From Negativicutes bacterium (GTDB lineage Bacteria > Bacillota > Negativicutes > UBA1444): a DNA stretch of 64,000 nt. Location of the stretch: contig CAXXIN010000013.1 in NCBI GenBank assembly GCA_963665275.2, positions 32,001 through 96,000 of the forward strand. Reading direction: 5' to 3'. The notes under the pieces were generated by a model. It was not told where the DNA came from. It was given only the letters and a program-made list of their open reading frames with translations, and did no database searches. The translations under genes and the position numbers were made by a program. Of the stretch, positions 28,606-38,754 are shown piece by piece (within the stretch, counting starts at the first letter, position 1; every line of letters begins with the position of its first letter).

Positions 28606-30492
28606 CTACTTTCGATTTCGTTCCAGTCCGTATTTTTCCAGATACCGATATAACGTCACTCGGCTCACTTCCAAATTGGTAGCCAGCCGGCTGATGTTGC
28701 CGCCGCAGGATTTCCACGCCTCAACAAATGCGCCCCGGTCGCGTTTCCACACTTTTCCCCAGTCACTGCCGCCCGGCAACGTCAAATCGCTCGGCTGAAT
28801 CACAGAACCATGCGCGTGGAAGAAACCCTGCTCCAGAACTCCCTGCAGTTGCTTCACATTGCCGGGCCAGTCATAATTTGACAGAAGCACGGCAGCGGCT
28901 GTCGACAATTGCTTGGCTTCCGTAGGATGCTGTTCCGACAGTTCCTTCAGGATATCTGCGGCGATCAGAGGGATATCTTTCTGGCGGCGCCGCAGGGAAG
29001 GAGTACGAATGATTGACTGTGCAACAATAAAATAAAGCTCTTCCGAAAACAGGTCCCGAGAGACCAGGCGTTTCGGATCCAAATCAGCTGCGGCAATAAC
29101 CCGCACTTCTTTTTCCTGTTTCAAAACAGCCGCCAGTTCATCGCCCAACGCGACTGTCAGCTTGTCAATTTCATCAATGAACAGGGTTCCACCCCGGGCC
29201 AGTTCAATTTTGCCTGGAATGCGGGCATCGCCGGAACCCGCCTGGCCGAATAGTTCCTGCGGCAGCAGCTCCGGCGGCGTATCGCCGCAGCGCACCGTGA
29301 TCAGCGGCCCTGCCGCATGGGGTCCCGCCTGATGAATGCCATGCGCCAGCCTTTGCTTGCCAGTGCCAGGTTCGCCGACAATCAGCAAGTGCTCCAGATG
29401 CCTGGCTGAGCGGGCTGCCTTGTCTTTCATCGCCAAAAATCGCGGCGAATCTCCCACGAGGCTGGCCAGGCTATATCGAGCCTTATACTGCGATGCGTAG
29501 GCCAAGAGCGTCTTCATGTCTTCGATCGGCGCCGACACCACCGTCACGTTCCCCACTTCACCGTCACGATAGTTGGGCCAGATGCTGGCGATATCTTCAT
29601 ACGTCTTGTTGCCGATAATCCAGACGAACTCGCGATTGAACGACGGGATTCCCAAGAAGCCCCTGGGAATCTGGGTATGACGGTAATTCAGCACGGCATC
29701 GTTCAAATCCAGCCGGCTTTCCATGCTGTGATTGCGTTTGATTCCCCGAACCAGGCGGTCGGTCCCCAGACGATTCGAGTATAAGACTTCGCCATCAGGC
29801 GCCACCTGATAGATAACCAATGGGACTTTGTCCAGAATACTTTCCCGTTCGCGGATGCGCTCTTCGAGTTCCAGCGCTTGTTCCAGCGACTGTTTCAACG
29901 TCAGCAGCAACGCCATCATGGCATCCATGGTTAGCTGACGTCCTGCCTCCCCATCCATGATCACCAGTGACAGCAAATACCGGACTTCGCCGCCTGCCAT
30001 GATCGGAGCTGTCGCCGCGTCCGAATCATGGCAGGCTTCGATCCAGATCTCCGGCCCGAATAAAACAAACGGCGTTTTATGCGTCAGGGCAATGCTGATA
30101 CTTGATGCGCCGATATCCTTTTCTCCCAGACGGGCCCCTTCCAATTCGCCCGGCGTCCGTTGATAAAAAGACATCGCATAACTTTTCAGCACATACGAAT
30201 CCCGGTCCAGCAGCAAGATGCTGATGTTGTTATGGCTGAGAAATTCACGTAGGCTCTCATAGAAACCATCGAGCTGCCTGATCAGCGGTCGAGCGGCAGC
30301 AAGTCTCTCGCCGCGCTCCGTCTCCGTCAACCTCGCCAACGGTCCGAAAGCTTTGGCGGATACTCCGGCAGCACGGCTTTTGGTCCAAGCCTCTGCCACC
30401 CACGGATGTACATTGGGATCTATGACTCCCTGCGTCATGAATTTCTGATAATACGTCTGCAACTTTTCCCGGGTTCGCTGTTCGCGGATCAT
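28606..30492 (-). CDS. AcoR/DhaR-like GAF-PAS-AAA-Fis transcriptional regulator with degenerate sigma54-interaction domain
   Basis: GEPGTGKQ, GGTLFIDEID, WPGNVKQL and C-terminal HTH GNISRLA..LEVSRVTLYR; no GAFTGA. Confidence 0.85.
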   Translation of the reverse strand: MIREQRTREKLQTYYQKFMTQGVIDPNVHPWVAEAWTKSRAAGVSAKAFGPLARLTETERGERLAAARPLIRQLDGFYESLREFLSHNNISILLLDRDSYVLKSYAMSFYQRTPGELEGARLGEKDIGASSISIALTHKTPFVLFGPEIWIEACHDSDAATAPIMAGGEVRYLLSLVIMDGEAGRQLTMDAMMALLLTLKQSLEQALELEERIRERESILDKVPLVIYQVAPDGEVLYSNRLGTDRLVRGIKRNHSMESRLDLNDAVLNYRHTQIPRGFLGIPSFNREFVWIIGNKTYEDIASIWPNYRDGEVGNVTVVSAPIEDMKTLLAYASQYKARYSLASLVGDSPRFLAMKDKAARSARHLEHLLIVGEPGTGKQRLAHGIHQAGPHAAGPLITVRCGDTPPELLPQELFGQAGSGDARIPGKIELARGGTLFIDEIDKLTVALGDELAAVLKQEKEVRVIAAADLDPKRLVSRDLFSEELYFIVAQSIIRTPSLRRRQKDIPLIAADILKELSEQHPTEAKQLSTAAAVLLSNYDWPGNVKQLQGVLEQGFFHAHGSVIQPSDLTLPGGSDWGKVWKRDRGAFVEAWKSCGGNISRLATNLEVSRVTLYRYLEKYGLERNRK

Positions 30493-30614
30493 CGTGCACC
30501 CCCTGTTCTTGTATTATTTTATAAAATAATTTTAGAAAACACCAACATGTAGAAGGAATATTGATTCTTTCGTAGAATTAAATACCCGAGAAGATCATAG
30601 CGGAGGTGCACCCC

Positions 30615-30893
30615 ATGCTCGTTGACGGTATCAAAGTTGTCGCCGATCCTACTCTGACCAACGAAGAAATTACCTATTTTGTTGCGGAAGAAAAACGCCT
30701 GTGGGAAACTCAAAATAAAAAACTCGGAGTGCTGGAGCTTGCCCTTGACGGCGAGGAAGTCATCGTGAAGGCGACTGAGAAGTCTCCCATCCGGCGCATC
30801 CGCCGTATCACCGGTTACCTGAGCGCCATCGACAACTTCAATGATGCCAAAGTGGCCGAGTGCAATGCCCGGGCCAAACACATCGCCCAGTAA
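30615..30893 (+). CDS. Small protein carrying an NrdD-type C-terminal glycyl-radical motif
   Basis: RBS GGAGGTG then ATG 30615; C-terminus RRIRRITGYLSAIDNFNDAKVAECNARAKH resembles the class III RNR C-terminus. Confidence 0.82.
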   Translation: MLVDGIKVVADPTLTNEEITYFVAEEKRLWETQNKKLGVLELALDGEEVIVKATEKSPIRRIRRITGYLSAIDNFNDAKVAECNARAKHIAQ

Positions 30894-30933
30894 AAACCCG
30901 GTCTAAGAGAAATAAACTGGCTTTGCCCGCTGT

Positions 30934-30965
30934 AGCCCGGAGAAACTCTCCCGGGCTTCTTTTAT
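30934..30965. terminator. Hairpin between convergent genes, probable terminator
   Basis: AGCCCGGAGA-AAC-TCTCCCGGGCT (one bulge) followed by TCTTTT. Confidence 0.6.
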
Positions 30966-32014
30966 TGGAGAACCAGGTGATTGTTCTGAAGCAGATCCAC
31001 CTCCAGGGGCGGATCAATGCGAGTCCCCGACGCAGCCTGGAAAATCCTGATGACCGGTCTTGTCGGAAATCCCCGGTTCTGAGCCACAACCACGCCCTGC
31101 CTGCCGTCATTCAGACGGACAGTCGCGCCAGTCTGACAAATCGGAATCAAACTGATGAATTCCCTGACGAGTTCGCCGTCAAACCAAGTTTCGGCTTTTA
31201 CGTCCAATAGTTCCATTGCCTCCTGAATATTCATCCGCAGGGAGAAAGGATGGCCACCGGACAGCGCTTCCAGGCAGTCGGCCAGTCCCACGATACGGGA
31301 AAACTCGTGAATATCACCTTTTAAAAGGCGATGCGGATACCCTGACCCATCCGAGCGCTCATGATGACAGAGGATCACCCCGCGCGAAAGCGGCGAAATC
31401 TCCCAGCTGTCTTTTACACGCTTGTAGCCAATCACGGCATGCTGCTCATAAAGAAGCTTTTCCTCTAACGTCAAAGCACTCCGTTTTGCCAGCATGGCCT
31501 TGGGCATTCCCGCCACCCCGATATCGTGAAGCAACGCGCCCATGCCCAGTTTTTTCAACTTATCGGCATCATATCCCAAATGATTCCCCAGCAATAGGGA
31601 GAGAAATGCGACATTGACCGAATGACCCAAAAAACCTCCTCCGTGGCAGCGCAGTTCGTAGATATTGACCAGAATTTCCTTGTTGGCAAGAACCTCGTCG
31701 ATAAGCGACTGCACTGTCTGCCTCACCAATAAATAGTCAGGCCGATTGTCCAGCTGGCACTGGGCATAGATCTGGTCCAACGACTGCTCGGCGCTATGAC
31801 GCATTTCGTCAGAGACGCCTGCGGGGATTTCGAGGTCGGCGGTGATGGAATCCTCAACATAAACGTAGCCGACGCCGAGGGCTTTCAGGCGTTCCACAAA
31901 CCGGGGAAGTCCAGCAGTGCCGACGCCCAGCAGAACCCTGCCGCTTTCCGGATCGATGATATCCCGGGTCAGCTTCATCTCTTCGTTCAGTTCGTCAACC
32001 GAAACAATGCGCAT
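30962..32014 (-). CDS. HD-GYP domain protein
   Basis: HSVNV, LLHDIG and HHERSDGSGYP, with the Firmicutes-type C-terminal tail (VRLNDGRQGVV...TRPVIRI). Confidence 0.9.
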   Translation of the reverse strand: MRIVSVDELNEEMKLTRDIIDPESGRVLLGVGTAGLPRFVERLKALGVGYVYVEDSITADLEIPAGVSDEMRHSAEQSLDQIYAQCQLDNRPDYLLVRQTVQSLIDEVLANKEILVNIYELRCHGGGFLGHSVNVAFLSLLLGNHLGYDADKLKKLGMGALLHDIGVAGMPKAMLAKRSALTLEEKLLYEQHAVIGYKRVKDSWEISPLSRGVILCHHERSDGSGYPHRLLKGDIHEFSRIVGLADCLEALSGGHPFSLRMNIQEAMELLDVKAETWFDGELVREFISLIPICQTGATVRLNDGRQGVVVAQNRGFPTRPVIRIFQAASGTRIDPPLEVDLLQNNHLVLQ

Positions 32015-32163
32015 AGCAGTCGGCTCCTTTGCCCTATTCGAACCACTCCACTGCTCCAGTGGGCGCGGACAATCAGTATTTAGTAAATATTAGTTCGACA
32101 TTTGCCGCATATTACCTGCCCGACAGAATGCTTATCCGATATATTGTATAATGGCCGGGGAAT

Positions 32164-32190
32164 AAAAGAAAGCCGCCAAAAAGCGGCAGG
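32164..32190 (-). terminator. Intrinsic terminator after AEC transporter
   Basis: Minus strand GCCGC-TTTTTG-GCGGC-TTTCTTTT. Confidence 0.55.
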
Positions 32191-32227
32191 CGCCCCGGAG
32201 GCTACCATTACAGGCTTTGAAAAGTCT

Positions 32228-33163
32228 TTACCACAGGAAAAGCGCCGGAAAAACCAGCAGCAGATAGACCGCTGTTGATAGGACAAAGGCGCCCACGGCT
32301 AGATGGAGATTCAATCCGAACAGCTTCATCGCGATCACCGCATTGACCGCGGTCGGCTGGGCTGCGAGCAGGATCAGCGTCCGAAAGGCCGTCATATCGT
32401 GGATGAAGAACCCAGCAAAAGCGACAATGAATACAGGCGTTATCACGCATTTGATTATTGTGATATCCAACGCATCACGCCAATAGTGCCGAACCTCGCC
32501 AAAATCCATAGAATAGCCTACCGGGACCAAAAAAGTCCAGGCGGAGAAATGAATCATCATGTCAAATGCCGGCAGAAAACTCTCCGGGCGATGCACGCCC
32601 AGCCAATTGAGCAGAATGCCGACGCACATCCCGACCAACGGTACCTGATTGCGATTGAACAGGATCTGCTTCAGATTTATGCGCAACCCGCTGCCATGAT
32701 CATACACATTCCTGTAATGCTGCGCGAGGGGATAGGCAAAGCCGAACATCAGCAGGCTGTTGAACAATAGAGTCATCTGAGTATAGGCATAACCGGTCTC
32801 ACCGTACAGAATATAGGCGGACAACGAACCGAGCGTGACATGGTTCGATAAAAATCCCGAGATGGTGTAGCTGCCATAATCCAGGCTGCTTTTGTATTTC
32901 CGGCGCCCCCATAACAGGGCCAGCCCGCCCGGGATAATATGGAGCAATATGCCGAATATCGGCAGCCATATGAGATCGAATACCGGAACCAGGCCCCAGA
33001 TGCTGAAAGCAGTGAGCCCCGGGAACAAGACAATGATGCCGAAAGAAATCATCCAGTTAAAAATACGTTCACTGCCCCGCGCCGACCTACGCAACGTATA
33101 GCCAACGATCAACGGCAGAATCATATCAATGAATAGCGTTATGAACTTGGCTGCTATATCCAT
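32228..33163 (-). CDS. AEC (auxin efflux carrier) family transporter
   Basis: About 310-aa multi-TM protein with SNHVTLG, IKCVITP and AQPTAVNA segments. Confidence 0.75.
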   Translation of the reverse strand: MDIAAKFITLFIDMILPLIVGYTLRRSARGSERIFNWMISFGIIVLFPGLTAFSIWGLVPVFDLIWLPIFGILLHIIPGGLALLWGRRKYKSSLDYGSYTISGFLSNHVTLGSLSAYILYGETGYAYTQMTLLFNSLLMFGFAYPLAQHYRNVYDHGSGLRINLKQILFNRNQVPLVGMCVGILLNWLGVHRPESFLPAFDMMIHFSAWTFLVPVGYSMDFGEVRHYWRDALDITIIKCVITPVFIVAFAGFFIHDMTAFRTLILLAAQPTAVNAVIAMKLFGLNLHLAVGAFVLSTAVYLLLVFPALFLW

Positions 33164-33297
33164 CCGGATTACACCACTTTCATCTTATAAAAGCAACAGG
33201 TCGCCGCATCGGGATTCCAGTTGCATGTTAATTATACATGCTGGATCCCAAAATGCGAAGACCTGTCGATGCCGGTTATTATCTGGATCGTCGCCAG

Positions 33298-34515
33298 TTA
33301 AAGAATCTGACTGATATGCATGGCCTTGAACTTACCGCTCGCCTTGGCCGCTTTGTTGAGCTGAATGAGGCAGCCGGGACAACCGGTCACCACGATGTCC
33401 GCTCCAGTTGCTTCTATATTCTGGCGTTTCTTGTCGATGATGCTGTCGGAGATCTCCGGATAGTCCATAAAGAACGACCCACCGCCTCCACAGCACATAT
33501 CCGCATCTTTCATTTCGCAGTAGTCGCCAGCCGCCGCCACTAGAGCCCTTGGCTCTTTTTTGATACCCTGCCCGCGCACCAGATGGCATGGATCGTGGTA
33601 GGTAATCTTTGCCCCGCTTTTTTGGCGCGGCACATAGCCGGCCTTGGCCAGGTACTCCGTCAGATCCAGAATCTTGGCGCTGAACGCCGCCGCGCGGTCT
33701 TTCCATTCAGGATCATTGGCAAAATACGAGGCCACATGTTTCAAAGTTCCGCTGCAACTCGCACAGTCGCTGACCACCAGATCAACGTCTTCAAACTGTC
33801 GGATATTCTCTTTGGCGAGTTCCAAAAATTCGCTCTCCATCGCATGCGCCAGGTGCGGAAGTCCACAACAGACATTGTCCCGGGTTACGGGCTTCGTGAC
33901 GCGCCCGAGTACTTCCATCGTCTGCGCGGCTGCCTCCGGAAACATGATCTGCATGCCGCAACCCTTGAAGTAAGCCACCCGGCTGGTTGCCGTCACTGCC
34001 GCGTTTGAAGGGGAAGTCGCCGTTCCCAGTGCGCCTGGGCCGGCAAACGCCGTCAGGAAATGTTGCCTCGTGTATTCGTCCGGCGCAGCGCCGAACGGGG
34101 CCAGGGAGTTCATGCCGAGTTTTCGCGCGACCGACAGTCCTGCGGCTCCCAACTTCACCATCCAGGGCCGACTCATCACGCCGCCCACGAAACGGTATTT
34201 CAGACTGGGGCCGTCGGCGTTGTCGGCCAGATATTGCCGGGCCAGGATCATGGCTTCGTCGGTTCTGACTTTGGCCGGACAGGCAGTGACGCACCGCTGG
34301 CACAAAATGCAGAAATCAAGGGCAGCCCGGACTTCAGGAGTTGGTTCCAGCACTCCGTCCGCCATCGCCCGCAGGATCGTGTTTTTGCCACGGGCAGCCG
34401 AAGCTTCGAGGTCTTTGCTCCCGAACAGAGGGCAGACTGTAAGGCAATTGCCGCAACGGTCGCACTGGGAAACGAGCGCCCGCGCCGCGTCGAGTTTTTC
34501 CTGAGATTTATTCAT
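33298..34515 (-). CDS. glcF: GlcF-like Fe-S subunit of a 2-hydroxyacid dehydrogenase
   Basis: Two CxxCxxCxxxCP motifs plus two CCG domains (CCGLPH; YHDPCH...CCGGGG...CPGC). Confidence 0.88.
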   Translation of the reverse strand: MNKSQEKLDAARALVSQCDRCGNCLTVCPLFGSKDLEASAARGKNTILRAMADGVLEPTPEVRAALDFCILCQRCVTACPAKVRTDEAMILARQYLADNADGPSLKYRFVGGVMSRPWMVKLGAAGLSVARKLGMNSLAPFGAAPDEYTRQHFLTAFAGPGALGTATSPSNAAVTATSRVAYFKGCGMQIMFPEAAAQTMEVLGRVTKPVTRDNVCCGLPHLAHAMESEFLELAKENIRQFEDVDLVVSDCASCSGTLKHVASYFANDPEWKDRAAAFSAKILDLTEYLAKAGYVPRQKSGAKITYHDPCHLVRGQGIKKEPRALVAAAGDYCEMKDADMCCGGGGSFFMDYPEISDSIIDKKRQNIEATGADIVVTGCPGCLIQLNKAAKASGKFKAMHISQIL

Positions 34516-34530
34516 AAGGAAAGGCCTCCA

Positions 34531-35922
34531 TTACCAGATCTTTCCGGGATTGAGAATCCCTTTGGGGTCAAGCGCCTGCTTGACGGACTTGAGGGCGGCA
34601 ACGCCGGCTTCGCCCAAAGCTTTGACGATATAAGGCCGCTTGGTGATCCCGATCCCATGCTCGCCAGACAGAGTTCCGCCGACGGAGAGCGCAACGTCGA
34701 AAATTTCGCCAACGACATGATGGGCCAGTTTTTCTTCGGCTGGATTGCTGAGATCACACAGCACCGAGGGATGCAGGTTGCCGTCTCCCGCATGACCGAA
34801 CACTGCGATAGGCAGCCCGTTCCTGAGCGAAACTTCTTTGAGCCGCCTCACGGCTTCCGGGAATGCGTCGCGAGGCACGGAGATATCTTCCCCGAGCCGG
34901 TTGGGCGCCATGGCTGCGACGGCCGAACTTAGCCCCCGCCGAATCGCCCACAGTTCATCGGCCTCTGCCTGTGACTGCGCAACTCGGAAGGAAACGGCAT
35001 GAAGGTTGGCAACAACTTTACTGATGGCGTCGGACTGCTGTTTGAGAGAGGCCTCGTCCGGTCCATCGACCTCTAAGATCAGGCAGGCTTTGGCCTCCGG
35101 ATCAAAAGGCGTTTTCTTTTGCCTGACAATGGCTTCCAAACTGACGTCATCGATCAGTTCGGCCACCGACGGCACGATATTTTGCTGCAGCATGTCATGG
35201 ACAGCGGCGCAGCCATCATCAAGGGAGCGAAAAAACACCTGCATGACGCCGCGTTTGGCCGGCATGGGGATTAGTCGCAGGATGGCTTTGGTGACGATGC
35301 CCAGTGTCCCTTCGGAACCGACCATGAGTTGGGTAAGGTTGTACCCGGTGACATTTTTAATGGACTTGCCGCCGGTTTTGATGATGGAACCGTCAGCCAT
35401 GACGACTTCGAGACCCATGACATAGTTGGCAGTGACACCGTACTTAACGGCGCGCATTCCGCCGGCGTTCTCGGCGACATTACCGCCGATGAGCGAATAG
35501 GCCCAACTGGCAGGGTCGGGCGGATAGAAGAGCCCTTCCTTCGCACAATAGTCATACAGATCCTTGGTTCGAACACCCGCTTCGGTGGTTACCATCATGT
35601 TTTTCTTATCCAGTTCCAGAATATCTGTCATACGGTCCAGCGTAAGCGCAATTCCTCCATGCAGAGGAACGCTGCCGCCGGAACGTCCGCTGGAAGCGCC
35701 GCGAGGGGTGACAGGTATGCCGTGCTCGAAAGCGATTTTCATGACCCCGGACACTTCCTCTACACTGCGGGGACGTACGACGAGATCCGGCTTATTCGCG
35801 GTCGCCAGGGCTACAGGGGACGAATCGTAGGAATAGCCAAACCGCTCCAAATCGGAGGTCAGCACATGTTCCTTGCCAACGATCTCCCGCAGTTGTCCGA
35901 CAATTTTTTCTTCAATAGCCAA
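34531..35922 (-). CDS. glcD: GlcD-like FAD-linked 2-hydroxyacid dehydrogenase (D-lactate/D-2-hydroxyglutarate/glycolate family)
   Basis: YPPDPAS, GGNVAENAGG, GSEGTLG, HAGDGNLH, GEHGIG and DPKGILNPGK. Confidence 0.9.
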   Translation of the reverse strand: MAIEEKIVGQLREIVGKEHVLTSDLERFGYSYDSSPVALATANKPDLVVRPRSVEEVSGVMKIAFEHGIPVTPRGASSGRSGGSVPLHGGIALTLDRMTDILELDKKNMMVTTEAGVRTKDLYDYCAKEGLFYPPDPASWAYSLIGGNVAENAGGMRAVKYGVTANYVMGLEVVMADGSIIKTGGKSIKNVTGYNLTQLMVGSEGTLGIVTKAILRLIPMPAKRGVMQVFFRSLDDGCAAVHDMLQQNIVPSVAELIDDVSLEAIVRQKKTPFDPEAKACLILEVDGPDEASLKQQSDAISKVVANLHAVSFRVAQSQAEADELWAIRRGLSSAVAAMAPNRLGEDISVPRDAFPEAVRRLKEVSLRNGLPIAVFGHAGDGNLHPSVLCDLSNPAEEKLAHHVVGEIFDVALSVGGTLSGEHGIGITKRPYIVKALGEAGVAALKSVKQALDPKGILNPGKIW

Positions 35923-35973
35923 AGGCTCAGCTCCTTTCGTTTTATCAAAATCACAAGCCCATACAAATAAATC

Positions 35974-37371
35974 TTACAGCACGCCGATCCATTTCCAATA
36001 AGTGAAGACAACCACGCTGAAGAATGTGGCGGCCAAAACGCTTACATACGCACCTGTCTTCATAAGCTCACTTGCCTTAACCTGATTGGTGCCGTTGATC
36101 ACCGCGTTCGGCATATTGGATACCGGCAGCAGGTATTGATGCTGCATGTTCATACCGAGAACCAGTGCAAAAATCATCGGATTGGCGCCGATTGCCGTTG
36201 CGTGAGCGATGACGATCGGAGTGAGCGCCGTTGTTTTGGGCCCGCCGCCAGTAAAGAATACTTGGAGTGCAGTCACAATCCAGATCAACAACACAATCTG
36301 AACGGAGTAATCCATAGCCGCTATCGGCTTCAGCATAGTTCCCGCCAGCCATTTGGCCGCGCCGGAAGTTGCCAGTGCGCCGCCCATCGAAAGCCCGGCG
36401 CCATACAGTACGAAAATACTCCAGGGGACTTTGGTCTGCGCTTCCTTCCAGCTCATGACGCCAATACCGGGCCATAGCAGGAGTACGACTGAAAATAAGC
36501 CAACAATGGCAACATTAATTCGATGAATGGAATCGGTGGCCCAGAGCGCCAAGGTGAGCGAGAATACCAACAAAGTATAGTATTCCACCCGTGTTACCGG
36601 GCCCATCTTATCAAGTTCCGTTTTCACATATTCCTGGCCTTGGCCGAGAGTGGCCATTTCCGGCGGCCACAGAAAACGAATCAGAAGTACTGAGATGAAG
36701 GCGAGTGTAAATGCCGGCGGTGCGCCGACTCGGAACCACTCTGCCCAGGAAATGTTTGTTCCGGTGGCTGCCTGAATCAAACCGACCGTTATGGGGTTGC
36801 CTACATGGGCGGTCAAAACGCCGATACTCATGGCCGTTCCACTCATGGCAACAATGAAGAGCAACGCTTTCACGATATTGCTCTGACCTTCTTTGGCATT
36901 GAAGGCCTGCCCGATACCGAGCACGATCGGCAACATCAACAGCGTCCGAGCGGTAATCGAAGGAACCAGGAATGTCATGACAAGCATAACCAGCGCAATC
37001 GCCCAATAAATTTTGTTTGCATTGCCACCCGCCAAATTAACCAGGTACAATGCAATGCGCTTGGACAGACCGGATTTTTCCATGGCCCCTGCCATAATGA
37101 AACCTATGACAATCAGCCATAGTGAGGTATTGGAGTAACCGGAAAATGCCCCCGCCAGAGATGTGGCCTTGAGTGCAGCCAACAGAAGTACAATGATAAG
37201 TCCGCTTAATGCATCCTCGATAGCCTGGGTCACCCAGACGATGATGGCAAATACTGATACTGCCATCGCCATTTTGGCCGCCTGCGGCAGTCCGGTCACT
37301 GCCGGCATCCCAAAGGCAATCAGTAACATGGCCGCTATGCCCCCCCAAAGACCCAGTTGCTTTTTTGTCAT
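35974..37371 (-). CDS. DASS (SLC13) family dicarboxylate/anion transporter
   Basis: SGLSKRIAL, VPSITAR, GNP, ISWAEW and SNMPNA. Confidence 0.9.
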   Translation of the reverse strand: MTKKQLGLWGGIAAMLLIAFGMPAVTGLPQAAKMAMAVSVFAIIVWVTQAIEDALSGLIIVLLLAALKATSLAGAFSGYSNTSLWLIVIGFIMAGAMEKSGLSKRIALYLVNLAGGNANKIYWAIALVMLVMTFLVPSITARTLLMLPIVLGIGQAFNAKEGQSNIVKALLFIVAMSGTAMSIGVLTAHVGNPITVGLIQAATGTNISWAEWFRVGAPPAFTLAFISVLLIRFLWPPEMATLGQGQEYVKTELDKMGPVTRVEYYTLLVFSLTLALWATDSIHRINVAIVGLFSVVLLLWPGIGVMSWKEAQTKVPWSIFVLYGAGLSMGGALATSGAAKWLAGTMLKPIAAMDYSVQIVLLIWIVTALQVFFTGGGPKTTALTPIVIAHATAIGANPMIFALVLGMNMQHQYLLPVSNMPNAVINGTNQVKASELMKTGAYVSVLAATFFSVVVFTYWKWIGVL

Positions 37372-37480
37372 TCCCGCTCCCCCTTTATATTCACAAAAAT
37401 CTGTATTTTAATATTACATAAATTATTCATTGGAACCAATGATGTGATGATGAACGACAAAAAACGACCCCCAAAATGCT

Positions 37481-37506
37481 TTGCAGCGTTACGAGCGTCG
37501 TTTGTA
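37481..37506. promoter_or_regulatory. Candidate operator, copy 1 (shared with lhgO upstream region)
   Basis: TTGCAGCGTTACGAGCGTCGTTTGTA; 19/26 identical, ungapped, to 38755-38780. Confidence 0.55.
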
Positions 37507-37531
37507 GCTATAAGTTAAAAAGAACAATTGT

Positions 37532-38668
37532 TTATAACTCAACCCAACCGGACACCATGCGGGCAATGGATATGCAGGCGGTAAGTCCTGGTGATTCAAT
37601 ACCGACCAGGTTAATGAACCCCGGCAAGCCATGATCGATTTCGTGCCTGATGACGAAGTCTTTGGTCGGGTCGGTGGGTGACTGGATTTTTGGCCGAATT
37701 CCTGCCATATCCGGCGCAATATCTTCACGCGTCAAAAACGGCAGATAACTGCCGGCCGCCTTGAAAAACTCGTCGCCATGGTCAGCATCGACATCATAAC
37801 TGATATCATCGACATAAAACGCACTGGGGCCGAGCCGAGCCCGCCCGTCCAGGCTCTTGGTCACATGGATTCCCAGGCCTTTCAGTGCTTTCAGCGGCGG
37901 TGGATATACCAGGTGGTTCAGGAGTTTGGACTTGGCCGCCGAGATTGAAAAATATTCCCCTTTGACCCAATAGATCCGCCAGCCTTCTTGCTGCGGGTTC
38001 AACCCGAGCCAGGCGCCGATCCTGTCACTCCACAGTCCGGCGCAGTTCACGAGATATCGGCAGGCCAGTTGGTCTTCCGATCCATCCGGGCCACGAAAAG
38101 TCACTTCATATTCGCCGGTAACTCCATCGCGTTCCACTGCCGTAACTTCGTTCCGGTAGACGATGCAATTTTCCGGACCTGATTCCACAATCTGTTCAAA
38201 CTTCGCCATGAGCTTATGGCTATCGACAATGCCGGTCGATGGTGAATGAATCGCAGCCACCGCCCTAATGTCGGGCTCCAGCTTCATCACGTCCGCTTTG
38301 GCCAATTCTTTCAGGTCAGTCATCCCGTTGATGGCTCCCTGTCGGGCAATGGCTTCAATATGCGGTATTTCCGATTCATCGCGGGCAATAATCAGTTTAC
38401 CGATCTTCTGGTGCGGAATCGTATATTTTTCGCAGAATTCGTAGAGTAGCGGGCGCCCTTCCAGGCAAAGCCGCGCTTTGAGTGAATCCGTAGGATAATA
38501 CATGCCGCCGTGCACCACTTCGCTGTTCCGGCTTGAAGTATGCCAGCCGAATTGCTGCTCCTTATCCATCACAACAATGCTCGCCTGCGGTTTCTGCCGC
38601 GTCAGTTCCGCCGCTACAGCCAGGCCTACAACTCCTGCGCCGATTACAATGACATCTACTTTATCCAT
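37532..38668 (-). CDS. lhgO: L-2-hydroxyglutarate oxidase/dehydrogenase-like FAD enzyme
   Basis: GAGVVG, HTSSRNSEVVHGGMYYPTDSLKARLC, KGEYF, LGIH, GIRPK and GIESPGLT (LhgO/L2HGDH family). Confidence 0.8.
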   Translation of the reverse strand: MDKVDVIVIGAGVVGLAVAAELTRQKPQASIVVMDKEQQFGWHTSSRNSEVVHGGMYYPTDSLKARLCLEGRPLLYEFCEKYTIPHQKIGKLIIARDESEIPHIEAIARQGAINGMTDLKELAKADVMKLEPDIRAVAAIHSPSTGIVDSHKLMAKFEQIVESGPENCIVYRNEVTAVERDGVTGEYEVTFRGPDGSEDQLACRYLVNCAGLWSDRIGAWLGLNPQQEGWRIYWVKGEYFSISAAKSKLLNHLVYPPPLKALKGLGIHVTKSLDGRARLGPSAFYVDDISYDVDADHGDEFFKAAGSYLPFLTREDIAPDMAGIRPKIQSPTDPTKDFVIRHEIDHGLPGFINLVGIESPGLTACISIARMVSGWVEL

Positions 38669-38754
38669 TCAAACCCCTCCTCGTTCAATTCTAATATTCG
38701 CCTAAGATGGGTCTTTTCCTTTCCCTGGCAGAAAAAATGACGCCCACGCGCAGA

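Noticed and set aside
30493-30614. Sigma54 -24/-12 promoter next to the enhancer-binding-like regulator
   Set aside because: No TGGCAC-N5-TTGC-like match seen on either strand
32228-33163. AEC transporter as part of the 2-hydroxyglutarate module
   Set aside because: Co-directional, but separated by 134 bp and lacking the shared motif; membership unsupported
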